This document shows positions 1 through 9,160 of a stretch of 32,930 nt of DNA, in pieces. The first letter of the stretch is position 1; each line of letters begins with the position of its first letter. The notes under the pieces were generated by a model. That model did not search any database, was not told the origin of the DNA, and worked only from the letters and a program-made list of their open reading frames with translations. The DNA is from an uncultured Collinsella sp. (GTDB lineage Bacteria > Actinomycetota > Coriobacteriia > Coriobacteriales > Coriobacteriaceae): NCBI GenBank assembly GCA_900556705.1, contig USPT01000001.1, positions 1 to 32,930 of the forward strand, given 5' to 3'. The position numbers and the translations under genes are program-made.

Positions 1-2
1 TA

Positions 3-1586
3 GCTACGACCTCGGCATTCGAGATCTTGGGCCCCGTCATGGTCGGCCCCAGCTCATCGCACACCGCCGGCGCCCTGCGCTGCGCCCAAGTTGCCGCCAG
101 CCTGTTGGAAGGCCGCATCACCAAAGTCACCTTTGGCCTGTGGAACTCCTTCGCCCACACCTACCGCGGCCACGGCACCGACCGCGCGCTCGTCGCAGGC
201 ATCCTGGGCCTCGACACCGATGACGAGAACATCAAGCAGGCCTTCGACCTCGCACGCGAGCAGGGCCTCGAATATCACTTTGGCATCAAGGGCGACGACG
301 CCTCCATCCACCCCAATACCGTCGACATCGACATGGTCGACGACACGGGCGCCACGGCACAGGTCCGCGGCGAGAGCCTGGGAGGCGGCAAGATGCGCAT
401 CAGCCGCATTAACGGCGTCGGCGTCGACATCTCGGGCATGTATTCCACGCTCTTCATGGCGCACAAGGACGTTCCCGGCGTGCTCGCCGCGCTCACCAAC
501 CTGCTCGCCTACGCCCATGTAAACATCGCCTTCTGCCGCACCTACCGCACCGAAGTGGGCGGCCAGGCCTACTCCGTCTTTGAGACCGACGGCGCGCCCG
601 ACGACACCGTCGTCCCCATGCTCCGCAAGCTCGACAATGTCGATTACGCGACCTTTATCGAGCTCCCCGGTTCTGCCTCGTCGCTCTCCCCCGGCGTCTC
701 GGCTAAGGAGATCTTCGACGACGGCGAGCAGCTGCTCGATGCGTGCGAGGAACTGGGACTCAGCATCGGTGCCGTCATGGCCGTTCGCGAGGCACGTCTG
801 ACCGGCGAGGCCCACGCCGTCGCCGCCATGCGCCGCGTGCTCGACGTCATGCGCGAGGAGACAACGGCCCCCATCGCCAATCCGCAGCGCTCGCTCGGCG
901 GGCTTATCGGCGGCGAGGCCAAGCTCGTCGAAGCAACCCGCTGCAACGATTTGAGTGAAAGCCTGATGGGCCCCGTCCAGACCGAAGCCGTGGCCCGCGC
1001 CATGGCCGTGCTCGAGCGCTCCGCCACCATGGGCGTGATCGTCGCAGCTCCGACGGCAGGATCCGCGGGTGTCGTGCCCGGCTGCGTGCTGGCGCTCGCC
1101 GATCACCTTCAGCTCGACGACGAGCAAGTCATGGACGCGCTCTACTGCGCAGCCGCCATCGGCCTCAACCTCACCACAAGCGCCTGCGTTGCCGGCGCCG
1201 AGGGCGGCTGCCAAGCCGAGGTCGGAAGCGCCGCCGCCATGGCAGCCGCCGCGCTGGTGCAGATGCTCGGCGGCACGCCCGAGCAGGCGCTTGACGCCAG
1301 TTCCATCGCGCTGAGTAACCTGCTGGGCCTCGTTTGTGACCCCGTCGGTGGCCTCGTGGAGGTGCCCTGCCAAAACCGCAACGCCATCGGCGTGGCAGCG
1401 GCCTTTAGCTCGGCACAACTCGCCCTCGCAGGCATTAAGAGCCTGGTGCCGTTTGACCAGATGGCACATGTCATGCTCTCAGTGGGCCACGCGTTGCCGG
1501 CCACGCTGCGCGAGACGGCAAAGGGCGGCATCGCGCAGGCTCCGGCCGCACTTTCGGCCTGTGCAAAATGCGGTGTGTGCGGATAG
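3..1586 (+). CDS. sdaA: L-serine dehydratase, [4Fe-4S]-dependent, single-chain beta-ACT-alpha fusion (5' end probably just outside the window)
   Basis: Frame is open from position 3: ATTSAFEILGPVMVGPSSSHTAGA is the SdaAB N-terminal signature. It is followed by GHGTDRA, an ACT-like segment (HKDVPGVLAAL) and the SdaAA motifs APTAGSAG, GGCQAE, CDPVGGLVEVPC and LRETAKGG. Confidence 0.93.
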   Translation, partial: ATTSAFEILGPVMVGPSSSHTAGALRCAQVAASLLEGRITKVTFGLWNSFAHTYRGHGTDRALVAGILGLDTDDENIKQAFDLAREQGLEYHFGIKGDDASIHPNTVDIDMVDDTGATAQVRGESLGGGKMRISRINGVGVDISGMYSTLFMAHKDVPGVLAALTNLLAYAHVNIAFCRTYRTEVGGQAYSVFETDGAPDDTVVPMLRKLDNVDYATFIELPGSASSLSPGVSAKEIFDDGEQLLDACEELGLSIGAVMAVREARLTGEAHAVAAMRRVLDVMREETTAPIANPQRSLGGLIGGEAKLVEATRCNDLSESLMGPVQTEAVARAMAVLERSATMGVIVAAPTAGSAGVVPGCVLALADHLQLDDEQVMDALYCAAAIGLNLTTSACVAGAEGGCQAEVGSAAAMAAAALVQMLGGTPEQALDASSIALSNLLGLVCDPVGGLVEVPCQNRNAIGVAAAFSSAQLALAGIKSLVPFDQMAHVMLSVGHALPATLRETAKGGIAQAPAALSACAKCGVCG

Positions 1587-1600
1587 CGGCAAAGAACGAC

Positions 1601-1633
1601 TCAAAGGTGGGACAAATGTCCCACCTCTTTTGA
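1601..1633 (+). terminator. Probable intrinsic terminator after the serine dehydratase
   Basis: AGGTGGGACA-aa-TGTCCCACCT inverted repeat (1605-1626) followed by CTTTT, shortly after the stop codon. Confidence 0.7.
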
Positions 1634-1735
1634 ATGCCACCGTTTCCGTACCACAAACAGCAGGGCAATCGCTATAATGCAAGCCCAGTAAAAACACGAT
1701 GAACCGCAAGGCGAAAATCGAAGGATATGCATACG

Positions 1736-3469
1736 ATGTCGCAAAACGATCGAACTCAACTGATTCCCGATCCGCAGCAGCCGAGCAGGCACACCGGCGG
1801 CGTTCAGTCGCCGCGTCCTATCGCGCCGAGCCACGGTCAGCAGCGTGGTGCGGCAAACGCTTCCCAACGCCCGAACCAACAGCGACAGCAGCGTCAACAA
1901 CGTCAGCAGCGCCAGGCAAACGGCAATGCGCCCAAGCAGCCCCCCACGCACGCTCGAGGCGATCGCGGCCCCGCGCGCAAACCCGCCGAGAACAATAAGT
2001 CGGGCAAAAAGACGACGCTCTTTGTCATCCTGGGTCTAATCGTCATTGTCTATATCGTAGGCGTCGTAGCGTTTTCGCAGGTAGCCTACCCCAACACCAC
2101 CATTGCCGGCGTCGACGTCTCCTTCTCCAACGCTTCGTCTGCCGCCACCAAGGTCAACTCGGCATGGAAGCACTATAAGCTCACCGTGACAGGCGATGAC
2201 TTTAGCTGGACCTATCAGCCCGAGTCCGATGAGCCCATCGTCGACGGCGAAGCTGCCGCAAAAGAAATCATTAGCCACAACGAAGCCTTTATTTGGCCGG
2301 TCCGCCTTGTGGAATCCTTAAGCGGCAAGACCAAAACAACCGCTACCTCCAACGAAGTCGATCTTGATCAAGACGTCGACCTGTCCATGCTCTCCGACGC
2401 CTTTGACCAAAAGAAGTTTGAGGAGGACCTGGGCGCCGCTATCGACGAGTTTAACGAGGGCCGTTCGGGCACGTTCGAGGCCAATAGCTCCTATGACGAG
2501 CAGGCCGGCAAGTTTACCGTCGAGAAGGCGCGCTCCAACGAGAAAATCAACCGCGAGCATGTCATTAAGTATGCCGAGCTCGAGCTTGCCTCGCTGGCCG
2601 AGTCCGTAGATCTTTCCAAGCTCGGCAACGATGCCTATGAGCCGCTCAATGGAACGCTGACCGATGATCAGATTCAGGCCGCATGCGATGCCGCCAACAA
2701 CTTCCTGGGCGTCAACGTGACCCTCAAGCTCAACGGCGAGGATGCCGGCAAGGTTGATGGCAGCTCCGTATTGCAGTGGATCAGCTTTGCCGATCCCGCC
2801 AACCCAACGCTCGATACGTCGCAGATCAGCAACTGGGCAGCCGAACTCGCCAACGGCTTTAATACCGTGGGCTCCACTCGCTGGTGGACGCGCGCCGATG
2901 GCAAGCAGTGCGCCGTCGAAGGCGGCGACTTTGGTTGGTCCATCGACAGCAGCTCGCTCGCCAAGCAGGTCGAGGACGCCATTAACAACAAGCAGACCGG
3001 CGAAATCGAGATCAAGTACTCCCAGAAGGCCGACACCTTTACCGCAAAGGGAGAGCCCGACTGGAAGGCGTATATCGACGTCGACTTGTCCGAACAGCAC
3101 GCGCGCTACTATGACGAGAGCGGAAATATCGTTTGGGAGGCCAACTTTATCTCGGGCAAGCCGGGCGAGGACGCCACGCCCGAGGGCGTCTGGCAGATCA
3201 ACAGCAACGACGGCGGCAGCACCCTGATCGGAGCCAAGGACCCCAAGACCGGTAAGCCCAAATACGAGAGCCCGGTGAGCTACTGGATGCCTTTTGAGGG
3301 CAACATGATCGGCTTCCACGATGCCACCTGGCAAAACGACAAGAGCTTCGATAATGCCGAGTCGTACAAGTGGTGCGGCAGCCACGGTTGCATCAACCTG
3401 CGCCTGGCAGACGCCAAGGCACTTCACGACTGCATCAAAGTCGGCCTGTGCGTGGTTGTCCACTCGTAG
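1736..3469 (+). CDS. Membrane-anchored L,D-transpeptidase (YkuD family) with PG-binding-like domains
   Basis: Low-complexity N-terminus, one TM segment (LFVILGLIVIVYIVGVVAF), and C-terminal YIDVDLSEQ...ATPEG...GFHDATW...GSHGCINL catalytic motifs. ATG 1736 was chosen for its spacing from GAAGGA (1720-1725); ATG 1727 is the alternative. TATAAT at 1673-1678 may be its -10 box. Confidence 0.9.
   Translation: MSQNDRTQLIPDPQQPSRHTGGVQSPRPIAPSHGQQRGAANASQRPNQQRQQRQQRQQRQANGNAPKQPPTHARGDRGPARKPAENNKSGKKTTLFVILGLIVIVYIVGVVAFSQVAYPNTTIAGVDVSFSNASSAATKVNSAWKHYKLTVTGDDFSWTYQPESDEPIVDGEAAAKEIISHNEAFIWPVRLVESLSGKTKTTATSNEVDLDQDVDLSMLSDAFDQKKFEEDLGAAIDEFNEGRSGTFEANSSYDEQAGKFTVEKARSNEKINREHVIKYAELELASLAESVDLSKLGNDAYEPLNGTLTDDQIQAACDAANNFLGVNVTLKLNGEDAGKVDGSSVLQWISFADPANPTLDTSQISNWAAELANGFNTVGSTRWWTRADGKQCAVEGGDFGWSIDSSSLAKQVEDAINNKQTGEIEIKYSQKADTFTAKGEPDWKAYIDVDLSEQHARYYDESGNIVWEANFISGKPGEDATPEGVWQINSNDGGSTLIGAKDPKTGKPKYESPVSYWMPFEGNMIGFHDATWQNDKSFDNAESYKWCGSHGCINLRLADAKALHDCIKVGLCVVVHS
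1877..1915 (+). repeat. Degenerate 9-bp tandem repeat encoding (QQR)x4 in the L,D-transpeptidase N-terminus
   Basis: caacagcga cagcagcgt caacaacgt cagcagcgc cag. Confidence 0.8.
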
Positions 3470-3601
3470 TGCAACGCGCACATTCCTACAACATGGAGCT
3501 GCTGCGACCAATCTAACAGTTCCGAAAGAAACCGTCCCATGCGCCCGCCCCAACCGGTGGGCGCATATACTTATCGAGGTACTTTCTATAAAGGAGACGC
3601 T

Positions 3602-5038
3602 ATGCCGAATGTCCCCACGACCACCCCGGGCCCGGATGATACCGAGCACACGCCCGAAGATGTCACCGAAACGATTCCTCTGATTACAAACGTACATGCC
3701 GATAAGCAGAGCGGACGCGCGAACGATGCGACCGAGATTTCCGATGAAGAGGCATATGCCAAGCTCAAGGCAAAACGTGCCGAACGTCGACGCAAAAAGC
3801 TCATCCGACGCGGTATTGCCGCCGGCGTCGTGGGTACCATCGCACTCATTGCCATTGTCGCAACCCTGGTTATCAATGCTCAGCCACAGGGCGCTAGTGG
3901 GCCTGTGACCGACATGGTGACCGAGGGTCCGTTTACCACAACGGTCGAGGCGAAAGGCCAGCTCAAACCCATTTCGTCCTCAGTGGTCTCCCCTTCTGTC
4001 GACGGCACGGTCGATTCGATCAACGTGCAGGCAGGCCAATCCGTCAACGAGGGCGACGTGCTTATGACCATTAAAAATGACGAGCTCGATCGCAACGTTG
4101 CCGAGGCGCAGCGTGCAGTTGCTGCCGCTCAAGAAGACCTCGCCAACGCGCAGAAAGCCGCAGCTGCCGCACAGGCCACCCCAACGACGGACGTCGATGG
4201 AGCTTCCGCAGCGGCTGGCGTCTCCGACGCATCAACGGACACGAACGCCGTATCGGCCGCGCAGCGCAGCCTCGCTTCGGCCCAGGCAAACCTCGATCAG
4301 GCGAACGCCAAGGCAGGCAGCCGTACGGTCACGGCCCCGAGCTCGGGCAGCATCGTGGAGCTCAACGCCAAGGTGGGCGCCACGGTAACAGGCGGCATGA
4401 TCATGGGCGAAAGCGATACGAGCGGCGGCAAGCAGTGCATGCAGATCGCCGACCTGTCCAAGATGAAGGTGACCGTGCAGGTGGGCGAAAAGGACATCGC
4501 AAAGATCGCCGTTGGACAGAGCGCCAACGTCACGTATCCCGCATTTCCCGATATCGTGAGCCAGGGCACCGTCACGGCTATCGCGTCGGTGGCAAACTCC
4601 GACGCCGCCAACGGTGGCGGCGGCAGCGTAACCTTTAACGTCGACATTCTCATCGAGGCGCCCGACGCGCGCCTGAAGCCGGGCATGACGGCCGAGGTAT
4701 CGGTGGTGACCGAGCAGCTCGACGACGTGGTGATGGTGCCGACGATGGCGCTCATGACCGAAGACGGCGAACACTATTACGTCAACGTGGCGACTGATGA
4801 CGAGGGCAAGCAAACCCGTCGCGTGAAGGTGACCGTCGTGACGCAAAACGACAACGAAGCCGTAGTCGGCAAGACACAGGTCAAGCGCGACGACCAGGGC
4901 AACGAGATCAACCCCAACGTGCCGGTTACCAAGCTGCGCGATGGCGACGCCCTCGTCATGGACACCGGAGCGGACGCAACGGCTGACGGCGGCTACGGCG
5001 CGGATTCGGGCAGTATGTCTGCCGACGAGGGCATGTAA
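3602..5038 (+). CDS. MacA/YknX-like membrane fusion (adaptor) protein
   Basis: RBS AAGGAG upstream of ATG 3602. N-terminal TM segment, lipoyl-like motifs (GTVDSINVQAGQSVNEGDVL; VTAPSSGSIV), coiled hairpin and the LKPGMTAEV motif. Confidence 0.88.
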   Translation: MPNVPTTTPGPDDTEHTPEDVTETIPLITNVHADKQSGRANDATEISDEEAYAKLKAKRAERRRKKLIRRGIAAGVVGTIALIAIVATLVINAQPQGASGPVTDMVTEGPFTTTVEAKGQLKPISSSVVSPSVDGTVDSINVQAGQSVNEGDVLMTIKNDELDRNVAEAQRAVAAAQEDLANAQKAAAAAQATPTTDVDGASAAAGVSDASTDTNAVSAAQRSLASAQANLDQANAKAGSRTVTAPSSGSIVELNAKVGATVTGGMIMGESDTSGGKQCMQIADLSKMKVTVQVGEKDIAKIAVGQSANVTYPAFPDIVSQGTVTAIASVANSDAANGGGGSVTFNVDILIEAPDARLKPGMTAEVSVVTEQLDDVVMVPTMALMTEDGEHYYVNVATDDEGKQTRRVKVTVVTQNDNEAVVGKTQVKRDDQGNEINPNVPVTKLRDGDALVMDTGADATADGGYGADSGSMSADEGM

Positions 5039-5811
5039 TGCGTCCCGTTATCGACATCCGCAACGTGCACCGCATCTTTGAGAGCGAGACGGGGTGCGTC
5101 CACATCCTGCATAACGTGAGCCTGGCGGTAGATCCCGGCGAGTTCGTCGCCATTACCGGCCCTTCGGGCTCGGGCAAATCAACGCTCATGAACATCCTAG
5201 GCTGCCTGGATAAGCCGACGGCGGGCGACTACTACCTGCAAGGGCTCAACGTTGCCGAGCTCGACGATGACGAGCTCACCGAAGTTCGCGCCCTGAGCAT
5301 TGGCTTTGTCTTTCAGAGCTTCAACCTGCTGCCGCGCCTGTCGGTTATCGAAAACGTCATGCTGCCGCTGGCCTACACCAATGTGCCCCGTAGCCAGCGC
5401 GAAATGCGCGCCGTGCACGCGCTGCAGGCCGTCACGCTGCCGGTCGACCACTGGGACCACCGCATATCCGAGCTCTCGGGCGGCCAGATGCAGCGTGTCG
5501 CCATCGCACGCGCCCTCGTCAATGACCCGCCCATCATTCTGGCCGACGAGCCGACGGGAAACCTTGACTCCGCCACCGGAGCGCTTGTAATGGAGACCTT
5601 CCATAGACTTCAGGAGCGCGGCAAAACCATCGTTCTTATCACACACGACCCCGGCATCGCCGCCGAAGCCGACCGTGCCGTGACCATCCGCGACGGTCGC
5701 ATTCACGACGGCGCGTATATTCCACATGCACCGCGGACCCTGCGCAGCGCCGTAGATAGCCTGCCCATGATTTCCGCCTCCGCTAACCCGCCGAAAGGAG
5801 TGATGGGATGA
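5038..5811 (+). CDS. MacB/YknY/LolD-type ABC ATPase
   Basis: Walker [19 protein letters not shown], signature [28 protein letters not shown] overlap with the upstream gene. Confidence 0.93.
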   Translation: MRPVIDIRNVHRIFESETGCVHILHNVSLAVDPGEFVAITGPSGSGKSTLMNILGCLDKPTAGDYYLQGLNVAELDDDELTEVRALSIGFVFQSFNLLPRLSVIENVMLPLAYTNVPRSQREMRAVHALQAVTLPVDHWDHRISELSGGQMQRVAIARALVNDPPIILADEPTGNLDSATGALVMETFHRLQERGKTIVLITHDPGIAAEADRAVTIRDGRIHDGAYIPHAPRTLRSAVDSLPMISASANPPKGVMG

Positions 5812-7022
5812 GCGCCCGCGATCTCATCCAGGAAGCCCTTCACTCGCTCGAGGCCAACAAGGGGCGCAGCCTGCTCACCATCCTGGGCATTGTCATCGGC
5901 ATCGCCTCGGTTATCGCCATGACTTCGCTCATCGGCGGCATCCAAAACAGCCTGGTCAACAGCCTGGGCCTCAACGCAGCTCGTATGGTTCAGATCTATT
6001 CATCCCAAGAACTCACCGATTCTGACGTTCAGAAGCTTCAAAAACTAGTGCCGCAGATAGAGCAGATCGGAATAGTCGACAGCGCGTACACCGAGTACAA
6101 GACCGGCGATAAAAGCTATACCGTCATGGCACAAGGTGTCGATAGCGACATGCTCGACGCCGTGGGGGCCAGCAAGCTCGTTGCGGGGCACACCTATTCC
6201 CAGGCCGAGTCCCAATCAGGCTCGCGCGTGGCGCTCATCAGCCGCAACGGCGCCGATCAGCTGTACGGCAACGAACAGGACGCGGTAGGCAAGACTATTG
6301 AGGTCTCCAACGGCGAGGTACAGATTGTCGGCGTTATCGACGGCGGCAGCGACTCCATGGGCTCGCTCACGCTGTATATGCCACGCGAAACCATCTCTGG
6401 GCTGTTTAGCGACGAGAATCCTTCATTCCCCAGCGTGACGGCACTTGCCGCCGAGGGCACGGACATGGATGAGCTTTGTAAGACCATCGAGTCCAAGGTG
6501 CGCGCGATGAAGGGCATCGAGGAGGAGGATGAGTACGACAGTGTATCAGCAACATCCATGAAAAGCGCCATCGATACACTCAACTCCTTTATGGGCGCGT
6601 TCTCGCTCATCATGGGCTCTGTCGCCAGCATCTCGCTGCTTGTCGGCGGTATCGGCATTATGAATATGATGCTCACCAACGTAACGGAGCGCATCCGCGA
6701 GATCGGCATCCGCCGTGCTCTGGGCGCCAGTCGTCGCGATATCACCGCGCAGTTTTTGGCCGAGTCTTCGGCGCTGTGCGTCACCGGCGGACTGTTGGGT
6801 GTCCTGATTGGCTATCTGCTGGCCTGGGCTCTTGCGATGTTTGCCTCCGGATCCGGGATTCTTGGCGAGCTAGGTGCCAGCGGGCAAATCACACCGAGCT
6901 TTTCAATCGCCACGGTATTGCTGGCCTTCGCCGTCTCCGTCGGCATCGGCGTAATCTTTGGCTTCTACCCCGCTCGCCGCGCGGCAAAGCTCGACCCGGT
7001 GGAGTGCCTACGCTACCAGTAA
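5808..7022 (+). CDS. MacB/YknZ-type ABC permease (FtsX domain)
   Basis: RSLLTILGIVIGIASV, VGGIGIMNMML.NVTERIREIGIRRALGA and FGFYPARRAAKLDPVECLRY. ATGA overlap with the ATPase. Confidence 0.93.
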   Translation: MSARDLIQEALHSLEANKGRSLLTILGIVIGIASVIAMTSLIGGIQNSLVNSLGLNAARMVQIYSSQELTDSDVQKLQKLVPQIEQIGIVDSAYTEYKTGDKSYTVMAQGVDSDMLDAVGASKLVAGHTYSQAESQSGSRVALISRNGADQLYGNEQDAVGKTIEVSNGEVQIVGVIDGGSDSMGSLTLYMPRETISGLFSDENPSFPSVTALAAEGTDMDELCKTIESKVRAMKGIEEEDEYDSVSATSMKSAIDTLNSFMGAFSLIMGSVASISLLVGGIGIMNMMLTNVTERIREIGIRRALGASRRDITAQFLAESSALCVTGGLLGVLIGYLLAWALAMFASGSGILGELGASGQITPSFSIATVLLAFAVSVGIGVIFGFYPARRAAKLDPVECLRYQ

Positions 7023-7034
7023 GCCACCACCAAC

Positions 7035-7103
7035 AAGTTGCGGTGAATTAGGGACTGAATATGCTATCTAGTAGCAAAACAGACACTATTTCACCGCAAC
7101 TTA
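7035..7103. repeat. Palindromic REP/MITE-like element, copy 1 (full)
   Basis: Left arm AAGTTGCGGTGAATTAGGGAC (7035-7055) and right arm GACACTATTTCACCGCAACTT (7082-7102) are inverted repeats. The same arms recur at 30597-30665, and a right arm alone occurs at 28914-28935. Confidence 0.85.
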
Positions 7104-7110
7104 TTTAAGG

Positions 7111-7230
7111 GCTGCTTGCGGCAGTTCCGGGCGTCCTCCTCGAGCTATTGGCGGATGACGGTCTTGTACGGCTCGAGCTTGCTCGGGGCGCTCCTCCTCG
7201 CGGGCGGGAGGACGCGCAGGCGCGGCGAGC
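7111..7230 (-). pseudogene. istA: IS21-family transposase (IstA) fragment with an in-frame stop
   Basis: The minus strand reads SPRLRVLPPARRSAPSKLEPYKTVIRQ*LEEDARNCRKQ, matching the IstA N-terminal pattern SKLDPYK..I..WL.ED...PRKQR. TAG at 7145-7147 sits where Trp (TGG) is expected. The fragment is truncated at both ends. Confidence 0.7.
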
Positions 7231-7232
7231 GC

Positions 7233-8006
7233 CTAGCGCGCGAACTCCCGTAAGAGTGCGTCTTCCACTTCCCGAAGCGAAAGGCCCCCGTCTCCCTCGG
7301 CGGGACGGGTGACCACGATGCAGCGCGCTCCCACGTCGCGCGCGGCGGCAAGCTTCTCGGCCGTGCCGCCTACGGTTCCCGAGTCCTTGGTCACAAGCCA
7401 CTGGGCTCCCACCTGCCGAAGCATCGCCTCGTTGAGCTCGCGGGTGAAGGGCCCCTGCATGCCGATGACGTGCGACGGCGAAAACCCCGCGTCGATGCAC
7501 TTCGTTATAGCACCGGGCAGCGGGAGCACACGCACGAAGAAGCGCTCCGAGAAATCGGCGACGCGCGTATAGGGAGCAAGCTCCTTGCTCCCCGTCGTGA
7601 GAAGCGCGCGACCCGGGTTCTCGGAGAGAAAGCGCGCCGCGCAGGCGATCGACGCGACCGACACGACGCCTTTGGGCAGCGCCTCGGCCGCACGCGCAAG
7701 GCGCAGACATCGTACACCCACGGCAAGCGAAGCGGCCCGGATGTTGCCGCTGGCGAGCGTAGCGAAGGGGTGCGTGGCGTCGACGACGATGCGCGCGCCG
7801 GAAAGCTCGCGCTCCATGTCGGCCTCGTCGAGCCTGCTCGCATGCACCTCGATGCCCGGAAGCTCGCCCAAAAGCTCGCCTCCGTACTCGGTTGCCGCGT
7901 AGGCACGGGCGGGGATGCCCGCCCCGCTCGCCCATTCGCACAGAAGGCGGCCCTCGGTGGTGCCGGCGAAGATGCGCAGCGCCGGCGCAGATGCGGGCGC
8001 CGTCAC
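7233..8006 (-). CDS. cbiJ: Cobalt-precorrin-6A reductase (CbiJ/CobK)
   Basis: IFAGTTEGR, VVDATHPFA, LLTTGSKEL, RVLP, GMQGPF, VTKDSG. GTG start overlaps the cbiC stop (GTGA). Confidence 0.92.
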   Translation of the reverse strand: MTAPASAPALRIFAGTTEGRLLCEWASGAGIPARAYAATEYGGELLGELPGIEVHASRLDEADMERELSGARIVVDATHPFATLASGNIRAASLAVGVRCLRLARAAEALPKGVVSVASIACAARFLSENPGRALLTTGSKELAPYTRVADFSERFFVRVLPLPGAITKCIDAGFSPSHVIGMQGPFTRELNEAMLRQVGAQWLVTKDSGTVGGTAEKLAAARDVGARCIVVTRPAEGDGGLSLREVEDALLREFAR

Positions 8007-8644
8007 TTCGGGCCGCCTGGGCGCGTGATCTGGTAGAGCAGCGCGTTCATAATGGCGGCCGCCACGGTCGAACCACCCTTGCGACCCCTCGCGACGATGG
8101 CCGGCGCGCGTCGCGCGAGTAGCTCCTCTTTCGCCTCGACCACGTTCACAAACCCGACCGGCACCCCAACGACGAGCGCGGGCGCGATCTTCCCCTCGTC
8201 CATGAGCTCGGCGAGGCGCAGAAGTGCTGTGGGAGCGTTGCCGACGGCCACGATGAGCGGACCCTCGATGCCGCAAGCTTTGTCCATGCTCGCAACGGCG
8301 CGAGTCGTGCCCGCGGCGCGCGCAGCCACGGCGACATCAGGGTCGGCCATGTAGCACACGGCCTTGCAGCCGAGCTTCGCGAGCGCAGGCTTGCTTATGC
8401 CTGCGAGCGCCATGTTCGTATCGGTGAGCACCGTGGCCCCTGCGCGCAGTGCGTCGAGCGCACAGTGCGCGGCGTCATGGGTGAACACGAGGGAATCGGC
8501 GTACGAGAAGTCGGCAGTGGTGTGGATGACGCGCTTCACGACGGGTTCTTCGAGCGGCGGGAACGTGCGGCCGCCGAGCTCTTCGGTGATGATCTCGAAG
8601 CTGCGCCGCTCGATGTCGCCGGGCGCCATCTCCTTGGAATCCAT
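8003..8644 (-). CDS. cbiC: Cobalt-precorrin-8 methylmutase (CbiC/CobH)
   Basis: IERRSFEII, RVIHTTAD, VGNAPTAL, PVGFVNVVEAKE, GRKGGS.VAAAIMNAL. Confidence 0.95.
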   Translation of the reverse strand: MDSKEMAPGDIERRSFEIITEELGGRTFPPLEEPVVKRVIHTTADFSYADSLVFTHDAAHCALDALRAGATVLTDTNMALAGISKPALAKLGCKAVCYMADPDVAVAARAAGTTRAVASMDKACGIEGPLIVAVGNAPTALLRLAELMDEGKIAPALVVGVPVGFVNVVEAKEELLARRAPAIVARGRKGGSTVAAAIMNALLYQITRPGGPK

Positions 8645-9160
8645 CTAGTACTCCACTCCTTCCCTTGCACATATCCCCTGCTCGTAGGGGTGTTTCTCGC
8701 ACCGCATCTCGGTTATGTAGTCGGCCTTCTCCACGATCTTGCGGGAAGGCGCGCGCCCGGTGAGCGCTACTTCGACGCCGCGCGCGGACATATCGAGCGC
8801 GCGGTCCACGAGCGCCTCGTCGACAAGCCCCTTCGAAAGCGCATCGAGCGCCTCGTCGAGCACGAGCAGCCCCTCCTGCGCGCCCTCGAGCTCGGCAAGC
8901 GCGGAAGCGAGGTTCCCATCGTGCAGCTCGCGCGTCGCGGCAAGTTCTTCCGACGACATCGACCAGGTAAACTTGTCCGACACCTTCCCCGCGAACACGG
9001 GCACGCCGAAATGCTCGGCGAGCAGGCGCGCCTCCCCGCTTTCGCCGTCTTTCAGGAACTGCACGACGACGACGCGGCGGCCTGCGGCGAGCATGCGAAG
9101 GGCGAGGCCCATCGCCGCCGTGGTCTTGCCTTTGCCGTCGCCATGATACACGTGAATCAT
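8645..9160 (-). CDS. cobO: Cob(I)yrinic acid a,c-diamide adenosyltransferase (CobO/BtuR type)
   Basis: MIHVYHGDGKGKTTAAMGLALR, VQFLK, LVLDE, LTGR, ADYITEM...KHPY..G..AREGVEY. ATG 9160 overlaps the cbiP stop. Confidence 0.93.
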   Translation of the reverse strand: MIHVYHGDGKGKTTAAMGLALRMLAAGRRVVVVQFLKDGESGEARLLAEHFGVPVFAGKVSDKFTWSMSSEELAATRELHDGNLASALAELEGAQEGLLVLDEALDALSKGLVDEALVDRALDMSARGVEVALTGRAPSRKIVEKADYITEMRCEKHPYEQGICAREGVEY

